DNA of 50,950 nt from Candidatus Iainarchaeum sp. (lineage in GTDB: Archaea; Micrarchaeota; Micrarchaeia; Anstonellales; Bilamarchaeaceae). Shown in pieces: positions 17,449 to 25,877 of this stretch (position 1 is its first letter; each line of letters begins with the position of its first letter). The translations under genes were made by a program, and so were the position numbers. Under the pieces are notes generated by a model. It was given only the letters and a program-made list of their open reading frames with translations. It did not search any database and was not told where the DNA came from. The stretch lies in contig JAQTSF010000001.1 in NCBI GenBank assembly GCA_028711485.1, positions 1-50,950 of the forward strand, in the 5' to 3' direction.

Positions 17449-17602
17449 CATAGCCTTTTAGTTTCTAAGTATAAACTAGTTTGAAAAGGCTATGTCCGAC
17501 AGAACGTCGCAACGTTCTGTGGACCATTGAAACTTGGCGAAGCAAGTTTCAATATTTGACGGGTAACGTCCCGTCAAACCATAGAACGACACGTCGTTCT
17601 AT
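17449..17602. other. Back-to-back array of five different perfect hairpins (candidate structured RNA or DNA cruciform cluster)
   Basis: A 17449-17494 (11 bp). B 17495-17523 (12 bp plus one bulge). C 17526-17553 (11 bp). D 17555-17578 (9 bp). E 17581-17602 (9 bp). Linkers are 0-2 nt and all stem pairs are Watson-Crick. Confidence 0.85.
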
Positions 17603-17659
17603 TGGTAACCCAAAACCAGCTTCTCTTCTAACTAATAAATAATAGATCAAAAAGATGGA

Positions 17660-17760
17660 TGGACTCGCCCAGATTTGAACTGGGGACCTTCACCATGTCA
17701 AGGTGACGTCATACCGTTATCCGCTTTGAAATTAATTTCAAAGCTCTAGACCACGAGTCC
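17660..17760 (-). tRNA. tRNA-Val (anticodon GAC) with a ~28-nt non-canonical intron in the D-loop
   Basis: Folded by hand. Acceptor GGACTCG/CGAGTCC, anticodon arm TCACC-TTGACAT-GGTGA, T arm CCCAG-TTCAAAT-CTGGG. Removing 17716-17743 gives a 73-nt tRNA with D-loop AGAGGGTA. Confidence 0.8.
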
Positions 17761-17844
17761 TAAAACAAGATAACTCTTAATTATTCTCCAATTTCTTTTT
17801 AATTCTTATCCCTTAATATAATTCTCAAACTTTTTGGTGATAAA

Positions 17845-19005
17845 ATGTCTTCAAAGAACTATTTATTTACTTCCGAATCCGTAACTGAGGGACATCCCGA
17901 TAAAATATGCGATCAGATTTCTGATGCAATACTAGATGAACTTATAAAACAGGATCCAAAATCAAGAGTTGCCGTTGAAACTGCAGTAACTACTGGTTTA
18001 GTTTTGGTCATGGGTGAAATAACAACAAAAGGATATGTTGAAATTCCTCAAATTGTTAGGGAAGTGATAAAAGATATAGGTTATACTTCACCAGAATATC
18101 AATTTGATTACCAATCCTGCGGTGTGCTCGTCTCTATTCATTCTCAGTCTCCGGATATTGCACAGGGAGTTAATGAAAAAATTGAGCATGAACAAGGTGC
18201 AGGAGACCAGGGAATAATGTTTGGCTACGCATCAAAGGAAACACCAGAACTTATGCCTCTTCCTATAATTCTTGCCCACAATCTTGCAAAAAAATTATCT
18301 GAAGTTAGAAAAAATAAAACAATCTCATACCTGCGTCCAGATGGAAAAACACAAGTAACTGTAGAATATGAAAATTATACTCCAAAAAGAATACATACAA
18401 TTGTTATTGCTGCGCAACACAATCCAGATGTTTCTTTAGATCAAATAAAGAAAGATATAACTAAACACGTAATAACTCCAGTTTGTAGTTCCTTAATGGA
18501 TTCAAATACAATTATTCATATTAACGGAACAGGGAAGTTTGTTATAGGTGGTCCGACCGGAGATTCCGGAGTTACAGGAAGAAAAATAATTGTAGATACT
18601 TATGGGGGAAAAGGACACCACGGTGGAGGTTGCTTTTCCGGAAAAGATCCTTCAAAAGTTGACCGCTCAGGAGCTTATTTTGCAAGGTATGTTGCAAAAA
18701 ACATCGTAGCTGCAGGTCTTGCAGATATTTGTGAAGTTCAAATTTCCTATGTTATAGGGGTTTCAAAACCATTATCTGTTTTTGTAGATACTCGAGGAAC
18801 AAATAAAATCCCGGTTGAAAAAATTCAGGAGCTAATTCAGGAAAATTTTTCATTCAAACCAAAAGACATGATTGAAAAATTAGATTTACTCAGGCCTATT
18901 TACAAGAAAACTGCTTCCTATGGTCATTTTGGAAGAAATGAACCCGAATTTACTTGGGAAAAAACAGATATGGCAGAAACATTGAGAAAAAAAGCTGGAC
19001 TCTAA
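17845..19005 (+). CDS. metK: S-adenosylmethionine synthase, bacterial/eukaryotic type
   Basis: [48 protein letters not shown]. Confidence 0.95.
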   Translation: MSSKNYLFTSESVTEGHPDKICDQISDAILDELIKQDPKSRVAVETAVTTGLVLVMGEITTKGYVEIPQIVREVIKDIGYTSPEYQFDYQSCGVLVSIHSQSPDIAQGVNEKIEHEQGAGDQGIMFGYASKETPELMPLPIILAHNLAKKLSEVRKNKTISYLRPDGKTQVTVEYENYTPKRIHTIVIAAQHNPDVSLDQIKKDITKHVITPVCSSLMDSNTIIHINGTGKFVIGGPTGDSGVTGRKIIVDTYGGKGHHGGGCFSGKDPSKVDRSGAYFARYVAKNIVAAGLADICEVQISYVIGVSKPLSVFVDTRGTNKIPVEKIQELIQENFSFKPKDMIEKLDLLRPIYKKTASYGHFGRNEPEFTWEKTDMAETLRKKAGL

Positions 19006-20221
19006 TTTTTATTTTCCAACCCTTCTATTTGTTCTTTGGCATATTTAACAATATTTTCTCCATACATAATTTCATGTTCCTGTGAAAATATATCATCCAG
19101 CCATTTAACAGGTTCATTATACTTTATCATCATAATTTCTCCTAGATAAGCCGGATCTCTTGATTGATGATATTTAAAAACAGCTGTTTTTTTATCATCT
19201 GATGTTACATATATTATTTCTATTTTTCCACTAACGTGAGACATTATATACCTGAAAGTTTTTGCAATTCCACTTAATTTTTCTTTGGCTTTTTCAATTA
19301 TTCTGTATCCTTCTGAAATAGGAATATAAAAGTGCATTGCACCTTTGACAGGTCTGCACTGGAAAATATAATATGGCCTGATACCTACTTCGGTTATCTT
19401 CTCAAATAAATTTATAAGAACTTCCTCATCATCATTTACCCCACGTATAAATACTGTTTGTGATAGAATTGAAATCCCTAATTTAATTAATTTTTTATGA
19501 GCCATTATTGATTTTTGGTCTAATTCTCTTGGATGGTCTATATGCGAAACCACATAAATTTTTTTACCTTTTTTATTATATCTTTTTAGAATCCTCATTA
19601 ATTCCGGATCTGAAAATCTGCTAGGCAAATATACCGGCATCTTGCTTCCAAATCTTATTACATTAATATGTGGTATAGCAAATAACCTATCCAATATTTT
19701 TTCTATTTCATGATTATCCAACATAAAAGAATCTCCACCCGACAAAAGGATATTTTTTATTTCGGGGTGTTTTTTGATATATTCAACTGCGCCATCTAAT
19801 TCATTTACTTTTTCTGAGTCTTTCCCAACAAATCTTCTTCTAAAACAAAACCTGCAGAAAGAGGCACAAATATCACTTATCAGCATAAGTGCTGTGGGTC
19901 CGTATTTATGCTGCAATCCTTTAACTCCTGTTTTTTCTAAATTTATTTTCTCCCCGCTTTGATCCTTTAGTCCTATAGTTGCCAATTCTTCAGAATCCGG
20001 AAAAACAATTTTAATTAATGGATCGTCATGATTATTCCAGTTATAAGTGAAGCATAATGTCTGGTTATTCCTACAGGATAGGAACAGTTAATTTGTTTTA
20101 TCTGATGCTTATCGATCTTTTTGTGTTTCATTAATTCTGGAAATTTAGTGATTATCTCTTCTGCTCGGATAGATCGTGCTAATTCCAATTTCCAATTTGA
20201 ATTATTTTTCATATAATACAT
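19002..20221 (-). pseudogene. KamA-family radical SAM aminomutase-like gene interrupted by a frameshift
   Basis: ORF 20015..20221 ends ...YPVGITRHYASLITGIIMTIH*. The adjacent frame reads (N)WNNHDDPLIKIVFPDSEEL and continues into ORF 19002..19985, which carries CASFCRFCFRR (CxxxCxxC). The frames switch at cttataactgg (about 20037-20047, minus strand). Confidence 0.7.
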
Positions 20222-20292
20222 TTGAATCTAAAAATATAAAAGTTTATATTATACTACAATTGTGGAAATAATTTTCGTCAATAAAAAGAAAA

Positions 20293-20910
20293 TCAATCAA
20301 CTTCAATTATAATTTTTCCCTTTAATTTCTTTCTTAAATTTTCTTTTGCAACAATTTCAATAACATCTTTTTCATGGTGTGTTCTTAATGGAAAAACAAT
20401 AACACAATTTATTTTGTTTATCCTAGCAGGATAGCAGAACAATTCACCAAAACTTCTATTTTTAGTGGCAAAACCCTTTATTATTATAAGATCCTTTGTA
20501 AGTATTCTCTCTCTCTTTCCAATATCTTCTTTCCTTATCTTTACATTCAATGTTCCAGGATAAGGTACAAATCCAAAATTTTTTTCTATATTCTTCTTAT
20601 AATGCTCTAAGGACATATAATATTTCCCTTGTCCAGCACCCTCTATTATTTTTCCTTTAAGTTGCATTTTTTTAATTTCAAATATCTTTTTTAGTTCCAA
20701 ATATTCCTCCTTTACCATCCCAAATCCAAGATCAGTTACTTTTATATCTTTTCCAACTCTTTTCAAAATTTCCCCTTTTTCCAATTCAATAATTCTCCTA
20801 GAAGCATTCTGTTGGGACATCCCACAAATTTCAGCAATTTGACTCGTAGAAATTCTAATATACCCAACATGAGCTCCTTTTTTCAACAGGGCAAAGAGAA
20901 TTTCATCCAT
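20293..20910 (-). CDS. ribK: HTH-fused CTP-dependent riboflavin kinase (RbkR-type)
   Basis: N-terminal winged HTH (STSQIAEICGMSQQNASRRIIELEK). C-terminal archaeal riboflavin kinase with PYPGTLNV and RTHH motifs. Confidence 0.8.
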   Translation of the reverse strand: MDEILFALLKKGAHVGYIRISTSQIAEICGMSQQNASRRIIELEKGEILKRVGKDIKVTDLGFGMVKEEYLELKKIFEIKKMQLKGKIIEGAGQGKYYMSLEHYKKNIEKNFGFVPYPGTLNVKIRKEDIGKRERILTKDLIIIKGFATKNRSFGELFCYPARINKINCVIVFPLRTHHEKDVIEIVAKENLRKKLKGKIIIEVD

Positions 20911-20959
20911 ATTCCAATTTCAATATCTTTTTTTATAATCTTTTGCATTACTATTTGAT

Positions 20960-21559
20960 ATGAAAAAAATGGATTTTGAGTCTCTTTCCCTCACAATATT
21001 CCCAGAGGTTTATCCTCCATCTGAGGATTCTTTTCTTCTTGCAAAACACTCCAAAACTCTCAAAGGAAAAATTCTTGATATTGGTTGTGGATGTGGAATC
21101 CAATCCTTAATAAATGCTAAAAACAATCCAGAAAACAAGATTTTAGGAATTGATAAATCAAAAATTGCAGTTGAAAATTCTATTTTTAATGCTAATTCAA
21201 ATAATCTAAAAAATGCCAAATTCCTAGAGTCTGATCTTTTTTCAAATGTTTCCGGAACTTTTGATGCTATAATTTTCAATCCCCCCTATCTTCCAACTTC
21301 CGAAAAGGAAGTTTTAAACTCTGTTGAAAATTTAGCATATGACGGCGGAGAAGATGGCAGAAAAGTACTGGATATTTTTTTAAATAAATTTTCAGATTAT
21401 TTAAATAAAAAAGGAACTCTACTTTTGTTACATAGTTCATTAAACAATCCTGAGAAAACTATAGAATTTTTGGATTCAATGAGTTTTTCAACATCAATAC
21501 TTAGCAGAGAATCATTCTTTTTTGAAAAACTATTTGTTATCAAATCCACAAGAAGATAG
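20960..21559 (+). CDS. HemK/Mtq2-family N5-glutamine methyltransferase
   Basis: ILDIGCGCGIQS SAM motif and IIFNPPYLP (NPPY). Confidence 0.75.
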   Translation: MKKMDFESLSLTIFPEVYPPSEDSFLLAKHSKTLKGKILDIGCGCGIQSLINAKNNPENKILGIDKSKIAVENSIFNANSNNLKNAKFLESDLFSNVSGTFDAIIFNPPYLPTSEKEVLNSVENLAYDGGEDGRKVLDIFLNKFSDYLNKKGTLLLLHSSLNNPEKTIEFLDSMSFSTSILSRESFFFEKLFVIKSTRR

Positions 21560-22261
21560 CTAGCTATTGTTTTTCAAAACTTCAATAATCATTACAGCCT
21601 CTTTTTTCTTAATTCTCGCCCTTCCTATAATTCTTCTAAAACTAATTTCGGCTAGTTTAGGATTTTTTGATTTTTGAGCCATTTTTTTGAATAATTTCAT
21701 AATCATCTCTCGTTCTCCCCGTTCTGCAATTCTCTCAGGATTTTTTATTTTTCTATTAGAAATAGAATATAATATTACTGCAAGTGCATGAGAGACATTT
21801 AATGTCGGATATTTATTAGAACTCTCTATTGAAACTAATACATCACAATTATTTATTTCGTTCTCATTTAGTCCTATTCCCTCTCGTCCCAATAATAATG
21901 CAATATTCTTTCCCCTATATTCCCCAATATTCTTTACAAACCCCTTCAAGGGTAAAACATCTCTTATAGTGCCCTTATTCCTTCTTAAAATTGCAGTACT
22001 TCCTACTATAAAATCATATTTAACGATCTCTTTCTCGAAATCATCAACAACTTTAGCATTTTTTAGAATTTCTTTCCCATGTTTTGAATATTTTACTGCA
22101 TCCCCGGATATTTCACATTTAGGATTCACTATCACTAATTTTTTTTGATTGAAGTTTGCCATAACCCTACAAACATAACCAATATTTCTCGCATATTCCG
22201 GTTCAACAAATATCACTGTTGTTTTCATAATCTGCCTGTTCATAGGATGTTTTTTAAACAT
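21560..22261 (-). CDS. SPOUT (TrmH/TrmJ-like) RNA 2'-O-methyltransferase
   Basis: VIFVEPEYARNIGYVCRVMANF, LLLGREGIGL, LNVSHALAVILY. The true start may be the internal MKTTVIF (22228). Confidence 0.7.
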   Translation of the reverse strand: MFKKHPMNRQIMKTTVIFVEPEYARNIGYVCRVMANFNQKKLVIVNPKCEISGDAVKYSKHGKEILKNAKVVDDFEKEIVKYDFIVGSTAILRRNKGTIRDVLPLKGFVKNIGEYRGKNIALLLGREGIGLNENEINNCDVLVSIESSNKYPTLNVSHALAVILYSISNRKIKNPERIAERGEREMIMKLFKKMAQKSKNPKLAEISFRRIIGRARIKKKEAVMIIEVLKNNS

Positions 22262-22303
22262 TAATGCTCATTATTAAACCCACAATTAATTCTCAGTGAG
22301 TGT

Positions 22304-22813
22304 ATGGATTTGGACGAATTAAAAGAAAACATAAGAAAACTAGAGGAAACAAAAAGGAAAAAAATCTCTGAAATTCGCAAGCTTAATGAAAGGAAGAGAT
22401 ATAAATCCTATGAACAGAGAGCACTTGAGCCTTTTGTTGAAAAAACCAATAATGTAAGAATCGGTCCTCTAAAAAAACAAATGAAATCATTAGAGTTCAG
22501 AATTGCAACACAAGCATACACTCCGAAAAAAGAAAGAGACATATTAAAAGAATTAAAGAAATTGGAAGCTGATTATTCAAAAGTACGCGAAATAGAAAGA
22601 GCTAGGAGAAAACTAAAACTTGTTACCGATGATATTACTTTAATAGATAAAGATATTGAACGAATAGAAGGAGATCTTAAGGTAATAAGAGATCAATTAA
22701 ATGAATTCTATAAAAAACAAAAACTCTCAAATGTTGCAAAAAGCAGGGGGATAACCCTTGGAAAATCAACAGAAGAATTTTCTCTACTTGATATGGCTGA
22801 AATAGAAGAATAA
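22304..22813 (+). CDS. Archaeal coiled-coil protein, function unknown
   Basis: Heptad-rich K/E/R sequence throughout with no catalytic motifs. Confidence 0.5.
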   Translation: MDLDELKENIRKLEETKRKKISEIRKLNERKRYKSYEQRALEPFVEKTNNVRIGPLKKQMKSLEFRIATQAYTPKKERDILKELKKLEADYSKVREIERARRKLKLVTDDITLIDKDIERIEGDLKVIRDQLNEFYKKQKLSNVAKSRGITLGKSTEEFSLLDMAEIEE

Positions 22814-22977
22814 TTTCTTCTTCTTTCAGATTTATTTTTTTATACCTTTTAATTTATTTTATATCAGACGCTGTTGACCTCATCACCAACCTTTTGACTC
22901 ATTACATACACACGGCAAAACGTTGACGAAAAACCATGCGATATATCTTTGTCAGGTTATCAGAGGTTGTTCATGTC

Positions 22978-23160
22978 ATCACAATGAGCGACCCAAGAGG
23001 AACAATCAACAACTTAAGCCTTTACTCGTTAGTGAATTGTGATTTTTGAACGTTAGTTCAAAAGTATCACAATGAGCGACCAAGGATTGACAAGCATTCC
23101 AGAGTCTTTACTCATAAGCGAATTGTGAACTGTAAGAATCAGTTCACCTAATCACAAGAT
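22978..23160 (+). repeat. Two ~88-nt units (box1 - variable 24-26 nt - box2 - variable hairpin) plus a degenerate third box1
   Basis: Box1 ATCACAATGAGCGACC is at 22978-22993 and 23066-23081. Box2 CTTTACTCNTNAGNGAATTGTGA is at 23020-23042 and 23106-23128. Hairpins are at 23044-23063 (8 bp) and 23125-23147 (8 bp). ATCACAAgat occurs at 23151. Confidence 0.8.
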
Positions 23161-23257
23161 TAATATATTTCATACTTATTAAAAACCAAACGTTATTGCA
23201 CGAATAAACAACCGAGCCCTTTAATTCTTTTTGCATCTTATCTATCTGGGATATCCT

Positions 23258-24400
23258 ATGTCTAACAGAGACCTTCAAAAACTTATTTCCATGACTTTTG
23301 ACGAAGACCCGGAGGTAAGAAAAAGAACAGCAAAGAAACTCTCAATTCTAGATGACCCTGGTGCCTTATTTGCATTAATAGAACTTTCTTATGATAAGGA
23401 TGATTCAGTAAGAGATACAGTAAAAAGAATCTTAGAAAAAAAACAATCTCAAAAAACCGAGGACATACTATCCTTTTCAGAACTTTTTTCATATAAAGAA
23501 GATGTTCAAAGTCCTGTGTCTGAAGAAGAACAAAGTGATAAGAAGAAAAGACTTCTTCATCCAATCGAATTGATATTCGAAAGAAGGTTGGGAAGCAAAT
23601 CTGAAATAGTTAAGAAAAAGATGATGCCTAGTTTGGAAAAAGTATACTTAAAGGCAGTTTCAAAAAATGGGCCAGCTTCGGAAACAGAAAGAAAATCTGC
23701 AGTTCAGGAATTTCTTACAACTTATTTGGACGCAATTTCAGACATAAATTCTTCATCAGAGACTTCTTTTATCAAAGAAACAATAAAAGAAAAGATAGAA
23801 TGCCGCGATACAATTGATTCTTTGGAAGCTCTGGAACATGTTTCTTCTAAGAGTTCATTGGATGAAGAACATATAAATTCCATATTAAAAGAAGCAGATG
23901 AACTCCTACCTAATTCTGAAGAAGAGCAAGAAACATTTCTTAAGGATGCTCCGGACAGCATTTTCAAAAAAGCATACGAACTTATGATGTATTCTGGAGG
24001 AGACATAAAATTAATGAAAAAAGAAATGAAAAGAATGATGAGGAATGCAGAAAGAGATATAAAATTAGCATTCAGATTAGCAAGCCAGAAATTTAGAGAA
24101 CACAAATTAACAAAAATAACCGAAATAAGAGAAAAAATGAGAAATATTTATACTGATGATTTGTTAATTATTTCAAAAGAACCCATTGAATTCAAGAAAC
24201 CAAGGTCCTCTACCAATGCACTAAGGATTTTAGTGGAAGATCCCCAAGGAAATGAAGGAGTAATTTACTTGTTTGACGGACGTGGGGAAACACTTTCAAA
24301 AGGAATGAAAATAAAGATCGAAAAAGGATATGCAAAAGTAATAAATGATGAAACTGCATTGACTATAGGATCTTCAGGAAGAGTATATATTGTAGTCTAA
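23258..24400 (+). CDS. HEAT-repeat protein with acidic linker and OB-fold-like C-terminus
   Basis: ORF track 23231 starts at TTG; ATG at 23258. DEDPEVRKRTAKKL..DDPGALFALIELSYDKDDSVRDTV is PBS-lyase HEAT-like. The C-terminal LRILVEDPQGNEGVIYLFDGRGETLSKGMKIKIEKGYAKV looks OB-like. Confidence 0.55.
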   Translation: MSNRDLQKLISMTFDEDPEVRKRTAKKLSILDDPGALFALIELSYDKDDSVRDTVKRILEKKQSQKTEDILSFSELFSYKEDVQSPVSEEEQSDKKKRLLHPIELIFERRLGSKSEIVKKKMMPSLEKVYLKAVSKNGPASETERKSAVQEFLTTYLDAISDINSSSETSFIKETIKEKIECRDTIDSLEALEHVSSKSSLDEEHINSILKEADELLPNSEEEQETFLKDAPDSIFKKAYELMMYSGGDIKLMKKEMKRMMRNAERDIKLAFRLASQKFREHKLTKITEIREKMRNIYTDDLLIISKEPIEFKKPRSSTNALRILVEDPQGNEGVIYLFDGRGETLSKGMKIKIEKGYAKVINDETALTIGSSGRVYIVV

Positions 24401-24463
24401 AAAGGAATTAATAAGTATTAAAAACTGTATCTATACATATTTACTTGTTTATGGTGGCTTATT

Positions 24464-24631
24464 ATGAAAACTCTTTCAAAATATGAATTCGCACGATTGA
24501 TCGGTGCAAGAGCATTACAGCTTTCTTTAGGTGCTCCTCCAACAATAAAAATTCAAGATAGTACTATAGATCCATTGAATATTGCAAGAAAAGAATTCGA
24601 AGAAAAAACCATACCTTTATCTGTAATCTAA
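24464..24631 (+). CDS. rpoK: DNA-directed RNA polymerase subunit K (Rpo6)
   Basis: 55-aa ORF below the ORF-track cutoff, translated by hand: MKTLSKYEFARLIGARALQLSLGAPPTIKIQDSTIDPLNIARKEFEEKTIPLSVI (classic RpoK/omega core). Confidence 0.8.
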   Translation: MKTLSKYEFARLIGARALQLSLGAPPTIKIQDSTIDPLNIARKEFEEKTIPLSVI

Positions 24632-25245
24632 TCATCTTTTTCTAATTCAAATGGTGCAGAATATATCTCAACAATATACTCTTCATTAATCTCTTTCAAT
24701 AATACTCTTTTTTCTTTATCCACCCATATCTTAACTTTTACTTCTTCATTAGTAACTTCAACCAAATAACTATTTCTTCCAAATATTTTTTCCTCTTTTA
24801 TAACCTCGAAAATATAACTTTCTATTACGTTATCCGTTTGTTTATCAATATACTCTACTTTCCAATTCCATCCTTCCTCCAGTGCAAGCATCCATGGTTT
24901 AAAGAATGCTACCTGAGGGTGCACAAAAGAAATATTAGAATTTCTGCTATCTGTTCCATCAGATTTAATACAAACTCCGCTATAATCAGTAAAAATATCT
25001 ACTCCCAGACATCCCATACCGCTTTTAATACTAAATTCCAAATTACCAATAACCCCCTCATTATTATACAAATAATATGCATACTTTTCTCCAGATAAAA
25101 TCGCAAGACCTTTATTCTTAATTAATTTTCCTTCTTTAACTTCTAAAAAATTTTCATCAAGATTATTATAAAACATAAAATTTGCGATTATAATTATTAA
25201 CAAAACAAATGCAATAGATATAATTGCCATTTCCTTTGTTTTCAT
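24628..25245 (-). CDS. Membrane-anchored hypothetical protein
   Basis: N-terminal TM helix (AIISIAFVLLIIIIANF); the remainder is beta-rich and unassigned. Confidence 0.5.
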   Translation of the reverse strand: MKTKEMAIISIAFVLLIIIIANFMFYNNLDENFLEVKEGKLIKNKGLAILSGEKYAYYLYNNEGVIGNLEFSIKSGMGCLGVDIFTDYSGVCIKSDGTDSRNSNISFVHPQVAFFKPWMLALEEGWNWKVEYIDKQTDNVIESYIFEVIKEEKIFGRNSYLVEVTNEEVKVKIWVDKEKRVLLKEINEEYIVEIYSAPFELEKDD

Positions 25246-25761
25246 TTACTGCCTCCTTGCAATTTTACCGAATTTATAATACGGTTGTGTTGTTGGATTT
25301 TCTAATTTATGAAAAGACATCTGTGAAATTTGCATTCCTGCATGCAACACAATTCTAAGTGGTGATAAATTCACTATCTCTAAAATTTGGTGATTGTTAC
25401 TCCCCGGTTGTATTACTGATGCGGTTATGTGCACAGTTAATCCAACTCGTGCGTATCGGCTTCTACCCTCTAAGATTCCCATAACATCAGGAGCTAAAGT
25501 TATTTTTTCCAAAGTTTTCCCAAGGCACATTTCCCCAGGATTAAGAATTATACTTTTTGATTTTATCTTTTTAGTTAGTTCTTTAAAACCCTTTTTTGAA
25601 AGATCAACTGTTTTTCCAATATATTCCTCCCTAAAAAAATGCCATTCATCACTTAATGTTAAGTCTATTGAAGCTGGTCCAAGCTGTTCTTTTTTGAAAG
25701 GAACTACCTTCAATTTTCCTGTTTTCATCAATTTCAATATATCTTTATCTGAAAGCGCCAT
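25246..25761 (-). CDS. dcd: dCTP deaminase family protein
   Basis: LGPASIDLTL, GILEGRSRYARVGL, typical length. Confidence 0.85.
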   Translation of the reverse strand: MALSDKDILKLMKTGKLKVVPFKKEQLGPASIDLTLSDEWHFFREEYIGKTVDLSKKGFKELTKKIKSKSIILNPGEMCLGKTLEKITLAPDVMGILEGRSRYARVGLTVHITASVIQPGSNNHQILEIVNLSPLRIVLHAGMQISQMSFHKLENPTTQPYYKFGKIARRQ

Positions 25762-25877
25762 ATTTAGTAAGAAGACCTAAGCACTTAAAAATCTGCCTTT
25801 TTCCTCGAAAAAACTCAAAAAAAAAAAACAGGAGTATTTATAAAGTGTTATTGAGTAAAAATACAAACGGAGATAAT

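Noticed and set aside
17492-17530. Mini-ORF MSDRTSQRSVDH* across hairpin B, whose first 12 nt resemble the HEAT-gene start (ATGTCCGACAGA versus ATGTCTAACAGA).
   Set aside because: It has no SD, points toward a minus-strand tRNA, and the similarity is short. Noted only as a possible link to the MSD mini-ORFs at 22984 and 23072.
17449-17760. Integrated element or att site at the tRNA-Val 3' end, with the 562-aa gene as cargo.
   Set aside because: No integrase was found, and I saw no direct repeat of the tRNA 3' half elsewhere in the window. The flanking genes (pyrG, metK) are core genes.
22978-23147. C/D-box or H/ACA sRNA interpretation of the box1/box2 units.
   Set aside because: I could not find RUGAUGA and CUGA boxes in the right positions on either strand (AUGAGCGA and GUGA are only loose look-alikes). 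There is also no clear ACA-tailed pocket hairpin.
25819-25830. A12 homopolymer upstream of the surface-protein gene, as a phase-variation tract.
   Set aside because: It lies outside the coding region and about 48 nt upstream of the start. No evidence from a single sequence; noted only.
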